The position numbers and the translations under genes were made by a program. The notes under the pieces are model-generated. The model did not search any database. It was not told the origin of the DNA and saw only the letters and a list, made by a program, of their open reading frames with translations. Shown piece by piece: positions 11,371 through 23,158 of a stretch of 64,000 bases of DNA. Origin of the DNA: Lama glama (taxonomy: Eukaryota); NCBI GenBank assembly GCA_028534125.1, contig CM052817.1:18354001-18418000 (forward strand), in the 5' to 3' direction. Position 1 is the stretch's first letter, and the number at the start of each line of letters is the position of its first letter.

Positions 11371-11700
11371 TAAAGAAAACTTATGGATGCCTACCAGAGA
11401 TACAGAGTTAAACTGGTATTTTAAAATTCACTATATCACATAATCCTCAAAATCTAACATTAGTTGAAAAGAAATTCTGAAGTTTCTGTTAGAAAAACCA
11501 GAATGTTCTAATTCCTGTTTTCATTTTAGCATTAGAAGGAGTAACAGAGGACAAGGAAGCTGTAACTTGTCTGATGCTTTGAATCCCATTAAAAATTAAA
11601 TAAAATATTAAAATAAACATTTATTATTATTTTTTATCCTGAAGGTTGCAGATAAATCCTTTGAGGCTTTACAAGAAAAGAAGTTCAAAAGATACTTCCT

Positions 11701-12254
11701 TTGATTATGTATTCCTCTGTAACAAATCACCCCAAAACTTAGTGGCTTAACATACAAACATTGATCATTTTACAGTTGCCGTGGCTCAGGGACCTGGGCG
11801 AGGCTTATCTGGGTGTCTCTGGTTCAAGGTTGTGTGGCTGCAGTCAGGCTGCCTGCTGGAGTCATGGTCTCATCTGAAGGTTCAACTAGGGGAGGGTTCA
11901 TGGCTGTGACCACTTACGTGGTTGTAGGATGGATGTAGCATTTTGCAGCCCGTTGGGGTGAGGGTCTTAGTTTCTTGCTGGCTGTTGATCAGAAGTCACC
12001 TCTCTCAACTCTTTGCTTTGTGCACCTCAGAGGGAAGGTCAAAAATATGGCAGCTGAACTTCTCATGGTGGGTGTGTGAGTGGAAAAAAATGAACATCAA
12101 GGACAGCAGCTAGTCTTTCTATAACCCGATCTCATTACTTTGGCCACATTCTATTAACTAGAAGTGTTCACCCTTAAGGGGAAAAGATTCTATAAGGCCG
12201 TTAAACCAGGAGGTGGGGATCCCTGGGGTCATCTTGGAGGCTGTCTACTCCCAC
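11701..12254 (-). mobile_element. MaLR solo LTR (MLT1F-like)
   Basis: TGTAACAAATCACCCCAAAACTTAGTGGCTTAA...GGGGTCATCTTGGAGGCTGTCTACTCCCAC. Confidence 0.85.
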
Positions 12255-13244
12255 GGGAAGTATTCCTTCACCTTATTGACTGCAGGAAAATGGTTGTAGA
12301 TGTAAAATTCTGTCTCTTTAACTGGAGGAAAACAACAAGCTTTACAATGAGGTGCCATTTACTTAAGGAAGGTCAATTCCAGCCCCACCTCAAAATATGT
12401 GAAACAGTGGTAATTTCAATGATTTTAGAGGACTGTGGGGGTACGAAAGTTAATTATCAAGTAGCATCAAGGGTATTAAGGAGAAGCAAAGATGGGCCAC
12501 CTCATAAACTGAGGAACGTCTTCTTGGTTGGCTACAGGTAGTTTGCAATCACAGTTTATCAATCTTTGTTCGGAAGTCACATGAAAACTGGTATCTTTCA
12601 GCTTGATTATTACTGTGGCCTTTTCTTATATGAGGCATGGTGATGAATGGTGTTATCCTGGGCCAAACAGCTAAGTGGACACAGTTGTCTCTGTGCCCTC
12701 TTTCCCTTTCTGGTATTCTCATCATCTCTGCCAACACCCGCTGGCAAGAAAAAGATATTAAACCAGTAACTTGGAGTCACATCAAAGTATTAGCTTATCC
12801 AACAGCATTTGCATTTTAAGCTGGTTTTGTGGAATGAAAAGCTTGTTTCCTGATGAAGGGATGTCAGCAAACAGGTGGGAAAGATTTTTTTTTTCTCTCC
12901 AGAGGGAAAATGCCTCAATTCACATTTGGTAGGAATTACCTGCCTTTCCTAAAGGTAAAGTCATATTTCTGTTTCCAACCAAGGGTCATGGAACCAGGTG
13001 CCGAGGGGAAGGTCGTTACATCTCTGGGGCACAGCAGATGGAAACTGTTTCCTAGTGTTTAGCTCTTACGCACTGTGAAGGAGAGAAGGAAGAGACAATA
13101 TTAAATTGCTGGAGAAGAGCTCTATTCTTTCTTTTATGCAACTGAGTGAAGGTTCCAGAGAGACAGAGATTGTGGGAAATAGTGAATAAGCTGGGTTTGG
13201 CGATGGAGCTAGGGAGGCAGGAAATAGACATAAACTGTATTTCA

Positions 13245-13510
13245 CACTATTCTTTGCTTTTCATCCTTGAGAAGTAGGTGTTATTATTTCTAGTGTTTAA
13301 ATGAGAAAACGTGTGCTTAGAAAAATCGGGTGATTCTCTGCATCCTTAGAATGGGGCTAATGCTAGGCTTTCCCTCCGAGGGTTGTTGTGAGGACTGACT
13401 GGGTGTTTGATAAATGCCTGTGTTGGTCTCATGACTATTATTGCTATGTGACAAGGTCACACAGTTCGGAAGGAGCAGGGTAAGAATATGAACTGAGATA
13501 CCTTACCCAA
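13245..13510. mobile_element. MIR fragments: a minus-strand MIR interrupted by a plus-strand MIR piece
   Basis: AAGTAGGTGTTATTATT...AAATGAGAAAAC (-); AGGGTTGTTGTGAGGACT (+); ACAAGGTCACACAG (-). Confidence 0.55.
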
Positions 13511-15053
13511 CCTTTTCTGCTTCCTCTAAAATAAGTAAGTTAATAGTTAGTGATGGAAAGCTGATTCAGGCGGGTGAGAGAGCAGGGAAGGCAGGCAAAG
13601 AATTGCACGTGGTAGAGGGAAGAGGCTGTGAGATGGTTTATGTGACAAGAGCAGCTGAAGAGTGTGGGAGTTGATGTAGACAGACATGGATTGCTGGAGG
13701 GTTATAAAGTCACCTGTGATTTATTGGAATTTGATATGGTATTGAATGCCAAGGGAGGATGTTGGGAGGGTGCATTATTTGGTCAAAGCAGAGGTAGGAA
13801 AAACGTTTTAGAGGTGACATTCTCAGCTATTAATAAAGAAAGGAGGGCAGAGGACAAGAGGCTTCTTTTTAAAATAAGCCGAGACCCAAAATAGGAGGGA
13901 CTAGCAAGCAGGTAATATCTTAGAAGGCACCAAGTAAACATCGGGCTGCAGAATGCTGCTTCAGTTCTTGGCCACGTTTCCCCCTAGACTTACAGTCCGT
14001 GATGGGTTCCATTGAAATAATGTGGTTGGCACCTGGGGACGGTACCTGAGCACTGTGGGAATGAGTGCTTTTGCACGGAGCCAGAAATCCGGTGAGACTT
14101 GCCAGCACCTCTTCTAGGTTTTATATTTGCCAGTAATGAGGACCAAATGAGGTGCAGCTTCCTGCAAAAGGCTGCATAGATGAGGTCTGCAGAATTAGAA
14201 AAGTAGAATTACGCACAGAGGCAGGCTGATGGCCAGCCTGAAAGTATGGTGAAAACTCTGGGATTCACAGCTTCGTGACTCGCACTGGGGCCAACATGGA
14301 TTCATGTAAATTAGAGCCAATGGAAGGCGCTGTAATGGCGAGGATGCCTGCAGCAATGGAGGGTTCTAGTCTTGAAGGACCTTTAAAGGAAGCTGTGCGT
14401 TGGGGCTTTGTTTTGTGGAGGAGAGTGGTGAGTGCTACGTTCCTGCTCTCTTTATTTAGTGGAGGAATGCCCACTCCAGTGAGATGAGAAGGGGTGTGGT
14501 CCCATTTGCATGTACTAATTGTGTTCTTTTCAAGGAGGACACAGAATCATAAGCTTCTAGGATGAGCCCTTCCCCACTTCCTCTGAGGGACCCTGTTTGC
14601 TGGGCCTCTGGCCTCTGCCCAGATGTCCTGTGAATCAACAGCCCATCAGTACCCGCCATAACCATCAATGTTGTGCTTAGGGGAGGCATTTGTTTTGTTG
14701 CTTGCTGCCCTATTGTATCCGTTCAGATATTGGCAACTGCTTGAGTCTTCTTATTTCATGTATGTTCTCTCAATTCTTAACTCTGCAAGTTAGGCTTTCT
14801 TGCCAGTTGCAGGGTTCAGTTTGCAGAAGTCTCATGATCTGAAGGTAGCAGAACCCACGGGAGGCAGCAAAAGCATGACAAAGAATTACCTTGGGCTTCC
14901 CAATCTCTTCCACATCATGACAGTATCGGCACTGCCCAGGCACACGGGGATAAATGAACTAGTCTCTCCTGAGGTTCTGGTTTCCCAGGCCCCACCCTTG
15001 AGGATCAAAAGAATTAGAATTGTGCTGGGTTTCAGACTGGTTAAGAAGCTGTG

Positions 15054-15099
15054 AAACTAATGTAATGTTATATGTCAATTATATCTTGATTAAAAAAAA
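15054..15099 (+). mobile_element. L1 3'-terminal micro-fragment with A tail
   Basis: AAACTAATGTAATGTTATATGTCAATTATATCTTGATTAAAAAAAA; degenerate TSD AAGAAGCTGTG / AAAAAGTTGTG. Confidence 0.7.
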
Positions 15100-15341
15100 G
15101 TTGTGGCTTATCTTATCATGGATAATATTAGGCTTATTTGAAAGACGTGGCTTTCAGTGAATGTTTAGAGGTTTGGGGCTATGGTGGTCTCTCCCTGCTC
15201 TGATCACCACTGCCTGCTTTTTCTGAACCAATCTTATTTAGTTCATTCTTCTTCCTCTTGTTTCTTTAATTCCCAGTTTTGTCTCTCAGCCAACTCCACC
15301 TGTCTCCAACTTTTAGTCCATTTCTACCAGCTTCCCTCATC

Positions 15342-15420
15342 TGGAGGCCTTGGGGATTGAACCCAGGACCTTGTGCATGCCAAGCATGTGCTGTACCACT
15401 GAGCTGTAACCCCGCCCCCC
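15342..15420 (-). pseudogene. tRNA-Ala-derived sequence (tailless camelid SINE head or tRNA retropseudogene)
   Basis: Reverse complement reads GGGGTTACAGCTCAGTGGTACAGCACATGCTTGGCATGCACAAGGTCCTGGGTTCAATCCCCAAGGCCTCCA, with A and B boxes; acceptor stem mismatched and position 8 is C, so not a functional tRNA. Confidence 0.85.
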
Positions 15421-15489
15421 TCTGTAAGCACATTTTGATCTTTTAGGGGTTTGGGGGAAGCAATATGGGTATGGTTTGGCCCAGCTGAA

Positions 15490-15650
15490 TGAGCAAAGTA
15501 TTGTGAGTCAATACAATTTGAATTTCAGTTCTGCCACTTATTAGCTTGGTGACCTTGGGCAAATTACCTTTAAAAGGAAATAATACTATGTTTAAAGGTG
15601 ATAATGTAGGTAAAGTGGCAGATATAGCTCAATAGATATCAGTTAACTGT
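15490..15650 (+). mobile_element. MIR SINE
   Basis: TTTGAATTTCAGTTCTGCCACTTATTAGCTTGGTGACCTTGGGCAAATTAC. Confidence 0.75.
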
Positions 15651-15924
15651 TATTTGTTTATCTTTCTGCTGTTAGCACTGTGTTGGGCTATAGTTATTAG
15701 TCTTGACTAACCTCTGGTAGTGGTTCTTTACTTACATCGGGGATCTGAAGTGTATTTACATCTATGTAATCCTAACACCTGCAGTGACCTAGTGTTATGT
15801 GCCAATCACAGCACAATAGAAGTCATACATCAGGAGAGTAACAAACATGGGCCTAATGGCACCAGCGATATCCTGAAAGGAAGGAGGAGTCAGAAAATCT
15901 CTTAACAAAGAGATTTTATAGCTG

Positions 15925-16277
15925 GGGCTTTGTTTGGCTGCTATAACACAACTTCATTGTCTGGGTGGCTTAAACAACAGGACTTTGTTCTTTACGGTTT
16001 TGGAGACCAAGAAGTCTAATATCAAGGCACTGGCAGAAACGGTGCCTGGTGAGAGCCCCCTCCCTAGTCTGCAGCCAGCTATCTTGTCACGTGGTGGGGG
16101 GAGAGAGAGCATCTCCCTCATGTCTCTTCATATAGGGCACCCATCTCATTCATGAGTACTCTAACCTCATGACCTAATTACGTCCCAAGGGCCCCATCTC
16201 CAAATGTCATCACATCAGGGATTCAGGTGTCAATATATGAATTTTGGAGGAGGGGGCAAACTTTCAGTCCTTAGCAA
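15925..16277 (-). mobile_element. MaLR solo LTR (MLT1A-like)
   Basis: GGCTGCTATAACA...CTGGGTGGCTTAAACAACAG...TATGAATTTTGGAGG...AAACTTTCAGTCCTTAGCA. Confidence 0.85.
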
Positions 16278-16394
16278 ACTAAAATGATAGTCTCATGCTG
16301 TGAAGTATGCTGGGACCTCAGGAGCACACAATCCCTGAAGAGGAAGAAGCTGAGACCAAGTGGGATTAGGGTTGGTGAAAATTTAACAGCATGT

Positions 16395-16782
16395 AAGCAG
16401 AAAAACAGCTGACTCTTGTATATTGATTTCATATCCTGTAACTTTACTGAATTTTATTTATTGGTTCAGATAGTTTTATGGTGAAGTCTTCAGGGTTTTC
16501 TTTTAATATAGAAAATCATGTTGTCTGCCAATAGAGACAGTTTTATTTCTTCCTTTCTGATTTGGATGCCTTTTATTTATTTTTCTTGCTTAATTGCTAG
16601 GGCTAGGACTTCTGGTAATATGTTAAATAAAAGTGGTGGGAGTGGGCATCCTTTTCTTACTGCTAATCTTTGAGGACCACTGAATATGATATTGGCTGTG
16701 GGCTTTTCATATATGGTCTTTATAATGTTAAGGTTTGTTCCCTCTATATCCAATTTGTTGAGAGTTTTTGTCATGAGTGGAT
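16395..16782 (-). mobile_element. L1 ORF2 reverse-transcriptase segment (inverted 5' part of the 16.4-18.5 kb L1)
   Basis: Minus-strand [33 protein letters not shown]...[26 protein letters not shown] corresponds to the L1 RT QGCPLSPLLFNI region. Confidence 0.9.
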
Positions 16783-16785
16783 ATT

Positions 16786-18490
16786 GTCATATAATTCATT
16801 AATTTACAAGAAAGGAGCCAAGAATATGCAATGGGGAAAAGATAGTCTCTTCAATAAATGGTGCTGGGAAAATGGGACAATCACATGCAAAAGAATAAAA
16901 CTGGATCACTCTTAGGGGAAAGGTATAGCTCAAATGGTAAAGCACATGCTTAGCATGCATGAGGTTCTGGGCTCAATCCCCAGTACTTTCTCTAAAAATA
17001 AATAAACCTAATTACCTCCCCCTCAAATAAAATAGTTAAATAATACAATAATAAATTTAAAAAATTAAAAAAAGAAACAACTCTTTAAAAATAACTGGAC
17101 CACTTTCTTACACCACAGACAAAAATGAACTGAAAATGGATTAGAGACCTGAACATAAGATCTGGAAACCACAGAACTCCTAAATGAATACAGAGGGGCT
17201 AAGCCCCTTGACATCAGTCTTGGCAATGATTTTTCAAATTTGACACCAAAAGCAAAGGTGACAAAAGCAAAGGTAACAAAAGCAAAAATAAACAAGTGGG
17301 ACTATATTAAACTAAAAAGCTTTTGCACAGTAGAGGAAGCCACCAACAAAATCTACGGAATGGGTTAATATATTTGCAAATCCCATATCCGATAAGTGAT
17401 TAATAGCCAACATATATAAAAACTCATACAACTCAATAGCAAAAAATGCCAGACAATCCAATTAAAAAATAGGCAGAGGAACTACATACACATTTTCCCA
17501 AAGAAGATATACAAATGGTCAACAGGTACATGAAAAGGCGCTCAGCATTACTGATCATCAGGGAAATGCAAATGGAAAACAAAATGTGCTATCACATCAC
17601 ACCTGTTAGAATGGCTATCAGTAAAAAGATAAGGGATAACAAGTGTTGGTGAAGATGTGGAGAAAAGGGAATCCTCAAACACTGTTGATGGGAATATAAT
17701 TGGTGCATCCACTATGGAAAACAGTATGGAGATTGCTCAAAAAACTATAAATAGAAATACCATATGACCCAGCAATCCAACTTCTGGGTATATATCCAAA
17801 GGAAATAGAAAGAGGATCTTGAAGAGATATTTGCATCCCATGTTCATCATGGCATTATTCACAATAGCCAAGTTATGGAAATAACCTAAGTATCCATCAA
17901 TGGATGAGTGAATAAGGAAGATGCTTGTACACAATGAAACTTATTCAGCCATAAAAAAGAGAGAAATCCTGCCATTTATGACAACATGGATGGACCTTGA
18001 GGGTGTTATGCTAAGTGAAATAAGCCATACAAAGACAAATACTGCATGGTGTCACTTATATGTGGAATCTTAAAAATAAAACGTCAGACTATAGAAACAG
18101 TAGAAAAGGGGTTGCCAGAGGCTGGTGGGGTGGGAAAAATAGAGACAGTTGGTAAAAGAATATAAACTGTCAGCTAGAAGATGAAGAAGGTCTGGGGATT
18201 TAATATATAACATAGTGACTATAGTTGGTAACACTGTATAGCTATATGTTATATGTTATTATATCTTATACGTTATTTTATTATACATAAGTTGTACTAT
18301 ATAATAAAAATTTTCTAAAAAAGTAGAACTTATTTTACCAAAAAATACCCAAGATGAATGTGTTAATTAATTAGATGGGGGAATCCTTTCACAATGCATA
18401 TCATATATATGTATATCACATCATCATGATGTATACTTTAAATGTCTTACAATTTTATTTGTCAATTATACCTTAAGGAAGCTGGGAAAA
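16786..18490 (+). mobile_element. L1 ORF2 3' part and 3'UTR (L1MA-like), interrupted by a SINE
   Basis: Frame [39 protein letters not shown]; 3' end TTTTATTTGTCAATTATACCTTAAGGAAGCTGGGAAAA. Confidence 0.92.
16915..17092 (+). mobile_element. Camelid tRNA-Ala-derived SINE (Vic-1-like) inserted in the L1
   Basis: GGGGAAAGGTATAGCTCAAATGGTAAAGCACATGCTTAGCATGCATGAGG...AATCCCCAGTAC, then AAATAAATAAACCTAATTACCTCCCCC and an A-rich tail; degenerate TSD AACTGGATCACTCTTA / AACTGGACCACTTTCTTA. Confidence 0.9.
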
Positions 18491-19535
18491 GGTCCAGTTC
18501 CTTATTACTACATCAAACTGTCTCCTTGGCAGCAGCTGAACCATCAGAAATAAGTTAAATTACGTCCAATGAACTCTGCTTTAGAACGCAGGCAAGGAGG
18601 TAATACATTTTAGGCATATTTAAACAAAAAGCTGACACTTAATCATGTAAGCTTTAGTTATCTGGATAAACCACTTAGGTGGACAAGACAGAAAAAAAGG
18701 AGACACTGTAACGCTGTGTCGTATCAGGTGCACTCCAAGCAATTACATCAAATATTGAATAGTCACTTTTAATCTTGTCCCTCGAGAGGTGACATCAGCC
18801 TTTTGCTTCTCTTTCTAGGGAGAGGTCTGTTCTTGGTGTCCTGGATCTTTGTAGAATCTCTCAGCTCATTGCTGAGGTCTAAACTTTACTTTGTTTCCCC
18901 AGTTTCTGGGCTTTGAACATACGATGCTTTTCCTTAAAACAATATCAGGGATATTAATATTTTCAATAATTGAAGTTTCACAGGTCCAGATAGGGGTTTT
19001 CTGCAGCCTGACAACAATGCCTTTAAAATCAATCTATTTCAATCTGTGAAGGGTTGAACAACTCTGTCTATTACAAGTTTATAGACACTTATTCTGAACT
19101 TTTTTGTCTGATATCAGAAGCTGGTCACTTGCCTTTTCTTAACCTCCCCTCCTTTTCTACCTTAAGTGGTATACTATTTTCCCTGGCATTACATTGATTT
19201 CTTCAGCATTGCATTTTTGATTTGTCCATGAAATAAATGCCTGTGCTCCAACATGTAATCCTCCAGAATATTTTTTTCCTTTTCGTATAAAATACTTTCA
19301 TTGTTTCTGAAATCATTCTGAGGATGTGGCCACTCCATTTGCCCATGGACACTTTGATAATTTTCTGAGAACACTAAATAGTAAGAATGGTTACAAACCT
19401 ACAATTTAGTCTTAAGGCTGGTATTAAAATCTAAATTCTGCTGAGACATGTTCTAAAGAATATTTCTATTTGTTGTTAAAATCATAGAACATATTATTTT
19501 AAAAGCAGCCACTGTGCTTTTGAATGCTGTTTTCC

Positions 19536-19686
19536 AATTCTTCCCTTCCTCCTTTCCTTCCCTTTTCCCTCTTTTCTCCCTTCCTTCACTTTTCCTTCCA
19601 TCTTTCCTCCTTCCTTCCATCTTCCTTCCTTCCATCTTCCTTCCTTCCTTCCTTCCTTCCTTCCTTCCTTCCTTCCTTCCTTCCTT
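19536..19686. repeat. (TTCC)n polypyrimidine microsatellite
   Basis: About 150 bp of nearly pure CT, ending in a perfect (TTCC)n run. Confidence 0.95.
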
Positions 19687-20740
19687 CTGCAAATAGTTAT
19701 CAGATACCCATGCTGTGGCAAGTCCTGTTCTAGGCTCTGCTGTGTTTCACCAAGAATAAAGAAGTCAGTCCGACTGGAGCAGAGTGAGTAAGGAGGTGAT
19801 GTAGAAGATGAGACTAGAAAGCTGGAGAGATGACAGGGAACAAGATCCTGCAGGGCCTTACAGGCTGTTGTAAAAATGCCACATTTGTTCTGATGACATG
19901 GGAGACACTGGAGGGTTTGAGCAGAAGAGTGGCATCGTCTAGTTTCCAGGACCACTCAGTTAGTGTTGAGGATAGACTATAAGGAGCAGAGATAGAGCAG
20001 GAAGGCTGGTTAGGAAACTTCTGTAATCATCTAAGCCAAATGTGATGCTTCTTGGACAGGGTGAATGTAGTGAGAAGTGATCAGATTCTGGATGTATTTT
20101 AAAGGTAGAATCAACAGAATTTGCAGGTAGAGTAGGTGAGATGAGTAGAGTAGACGAGGGGAAGGTGGAAGTTAGGGATGAGTCCAAGGAGTTTGGTCTG
20201 AGTAACCACAAAAAAGAAAAGAGTTGCTGTTATATGAGGCAGGAAGAGTTAAGGCCAGTTTTGGACATGCTGAGTTAGAGATGCCTTTTAGGTGTCTGGG
20301 TGGAGATGTTTTACCTACATAGTTGAATTTAAAACTCTAAAATTGATGGGTGAGTTTGGATTGAAGAGATGTATTTGGGAGCCATCCATGTATAGCTGGT
20401 ATTTAGAACTAGGAGACTAGATAAGATTTCTAAAGTGCCTGATGACAGGGAAGAGTTTTGAGGGCTGGGCTATGGGCACACCTGTGTTTGGAGGATAAGG
20501 AGATAAGAAGGAACCAGCTGAAAAGACGAAGTGGCTGAGTGAAGAAAGTATTTCAAGGAGGAGAAAGTAATAAACTATGCCACGTATCGCCATTGGGTCC
20601 TTTAAAATGAGGACTGAGAGCTGCCTATTGGAAGTGGAAATGTGGAGAATTGGTAGAGACAGCAAGAATAGACAATTTCATTGTGGTGTTTTGCAGGAAA
20701 GAGGTGCAGAAAGTAGGGTAGTTGCTGGGGGGAAGATGAA
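19687..20740 (-). mobile_element. L2 LINE (about 1 kb)
   Basis: GGAGGGTTTGAGCAGAAGAGTGGCAT, GATTCTGGATGTATTTTAAAGGTAGAATCAACAGAATTTGC, TTTTGGACATGCTGAGTTAGAGATGCCT, AAAATGAGGACTGAGAG. Confidence 0.9.
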
Positions 20741-22124
20741 AATTCAAGGTAAATTGATATACAACTAATGTCATCAAAATGAACCACAGGGAATGGTAGA
20801 AATAACAGCCTTTCATGTTGTCTGAGAGGACTGAACGTCCAGCATGCTCTGTTAATCCTCTGAGATTTACTGATCATCAGACTTGGACTTTTGGGTTTAG
20901 AAACTTTTGTGATGAAGGGATTTTTGCAGGAGAACATCTCTGTGGTCAATCTAAGTAGGACCCTGATAAAAAAGCATTACATATGTCTCAGCTATTTTGA
21001 TTGATTTTTAAATTAAATTATTAATTCATTTGTTCAAAATGTTTATTGAGCACCCACCATGTATGTGTGAGTCGATTGCTAAGGACAGAAAGATGTGGGT
21101 GATGTGATCATGAAGGGATAAACATGTAAACCAATAATGACTTGATAAACCAACCGGTTGATTTGGGCTACAGTGGAGGGACTTTCAGAGTGCTGGGGTA
21201 ACCCAGCAGAAGGACAAGCTGAAAGCTTTATAAGGCAATGAAAAGGAGAAAAGGGATTTAGACCACGAGCAGGGGGTTGCACTGGATAATGTTGAGCGGT
21301 TGTTGAAAATATGAACTTCATGAAAACAGTGAATGCTGTCCTCTCTCCGAGTAAGAGGAACCATGCCGACACGCCTGTGGGAAAAGGTTTATCAGGATAA
21401 CGAAGTGAGAGAGGTTGTGCTCCCCTGTGTGTGTTAACAAGGCTGGAGTAAGATCAACCCATGCCCTGAAAACAGCTCAGCAGTGGTTCCCCCTCAGCCC
21501 TTCCATTGCTTGCAATAAGCAGCTTAAGCGTCTGTTACACAAATCAGATGATGAGTTAAATGCAAGCCAGATCCAGCCAGCTGTGTTTATACTCAAAGGG
21601 GAGTGGAAACTCTCATTTCATGAAATGGAAACAAATGTTATGTCTAAGGACCGCTTCAAACAAAAATTTTAAACTTTAAACACTCACCGTGTCCAGGAAA
21701 ACATTTCTTTTTAAGCAATGCAGATTAAATTTAAATACAACAGATAAAGACAATGGTAAAAAAAAAATCCATTCAAGTTGAGATTGATGATGAAAGAGAG
21801 AAAAACTCCCAACTCCAAGGTGCCTCCCTTACCTTCCCTCCTTCGTGTCCTAAGCACATGCTTGTTTTGTTTGATGGGAAATTCAGGGCTAGTGTTTCAT
21901 GAGGGTAGACAGCACCGTGAGTCAGATCTGAAGCAGGGGTGAAGGAGATAGTTATTATGCATGGCTGAGCCCAGAGGGAAAGCCCAGATAATCACGAGGG
22001 GGAGTAATTTGAAATCTGGGTAATGATTAACCATTTTTCCCCTGTGGTATGCTAAGAGCTCAGGGCCTGGCAGTGACTGCTTTGGACAACCGTGGTAACA
22101 ATAGTACTACAGTTAGAGAAAAAA

Positions 22125-22430
22125 GAAGAATTAACTTTTTGTAGAGAACTTAATGTATATTTGACATCATGCTGCAGACATATCATGAATTATCTCATTG
22201 AGTCCTCATGACACATTTTCTTTTTTTTTACATATATTTTTATTGAAGTATAGTCAGTTTACTACGTTGTGTCAGTTTTTGGAGGTTTTATTTTTTCTTA
22301 CTCATGACACATTTTCGATGTGAGTAATATTGCTATTCATACTTTATAGATAAGGAAATTGAGAATTGGAGAGGTCAGATGAAGCCAGTGTTTGAATCCA
22401 GGTGTGTTTGGCTCAGTTTTTACATTACAA
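22125..22430 (-). mobile_element. MIR SINE interrupted by an L1 tail
   Basis: ATTATCTCATTGAGTCCTCATGACA | insert | ...CATACTTTATAGATAAGGAAATTGAG...TTTGAATCCAGGT. Confidence 0.75.
22221..22300 (-). mobile_element. Truncated L1 3' tail with extra 5'-junction bases
   Basis: PolyT + TTTTTATTGAAGTATAGTCAGTTTAC; perfect 16-bp TSD CTCATGACACATTTTC at 22205-22220 and 22301-22316. Confidence 0.88.
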
Positions 22431-22479
22431 AGTCATCTATGTCCACAGTGTATCTTGCCTGTTACCTTGTAAACTCCTT

Positions 22480-22590
22480 TCAGTGGATTTGCATCTAGTT
22501 GACCTTGGTAACCCTCCTGACGCCTACCATAGTGTCTTGCAGGTAGTAAGTCTGTTGAGTGAGTGAATGAATGAATGAGTGAATGGATAC
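22480..22590 (+). mobile_element. L2 3' end
   Basis: CCTACCATAGTGTCTTG...GTTGAGTGAGTGAATGAATGAATGAGTGAATG. Confidence 0.65.
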
Positions 22591-23103
22591 AGCCTGCATC
22601 AACAATTCCAAACACTTCCCCTTAAGAACCTGTACCTTATAATTCCTACAGTAGCATTTTATTGGTAACAAAACTCCTGGAAGATGGCAATCATAAAGTC
22701 ATAAGTGACTGACTATCTAAAATATTACTTTTGCCATCATCTCATATATTTTCAATATTGTTCTCGGATTTCTCATTTAAGAAGGAAAGTCTCATTAAGC
22801 AAGAATCTTGAAATAACCAGTTTACAACATACATGTATACATACATATTTCTTTCATGTGATAATGCCTTGTGTGTTTAATTTTTATCTCTAACACAGAA
22901 TTAAATTGTTTAGTGACCTGAAAATTGAAAATTTTCTCTGTATCAAGACAAAAAGGATCATTTCTGGACTGAGTGTGAATAAATGTTCCCTGGTTAGCAC
23001 TTCAGCTCTTCACCAGTCGCATGTCAGAGATTTGTGTCTTCCAGATTAATTATTAGTCTAGGCAAAGACTGTGTGCTGTCACGCTTCACAATTAATACGC
23101 AGA

Positions 23104-23158
23104 GTGTTTTGAAAGAAAGATAATTTGGTGTTTTGAAAGGGAGATAATTTTGTGTTTT
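23104..23158. repeat. 24-bp tandem repeat, about 2.3 copies
   Basis: GTGTTTTGAAAGAAAGATAATTTG / GTGTTTTGAAAGGGAGATAATTTT / GTGTTTT. Confidence 0.9.

Noticed and set aside
15342..15420. Functional tRNA-Ala gene
   Set aside because: Acceptor-stem mismatches, T8-to-C change, a T-stem mismatch and no nearby oligo-T terminator.
16395..18490. Active or autonomous L1
   Set aside because: Truncated, inverted, frameshifted and SINE-interrupted, with no 5'UTR or ORF1.
19453..19955. ORFs with KEGR or LPSF repeats
   Set aside because: These are translations of the (TTCC)n microsatellite and the adjacent L2.
23104..23158. CRISPR-like repeat array
   Set aside because: Head-to-tail duplication without spacers, in a mammalian genome.
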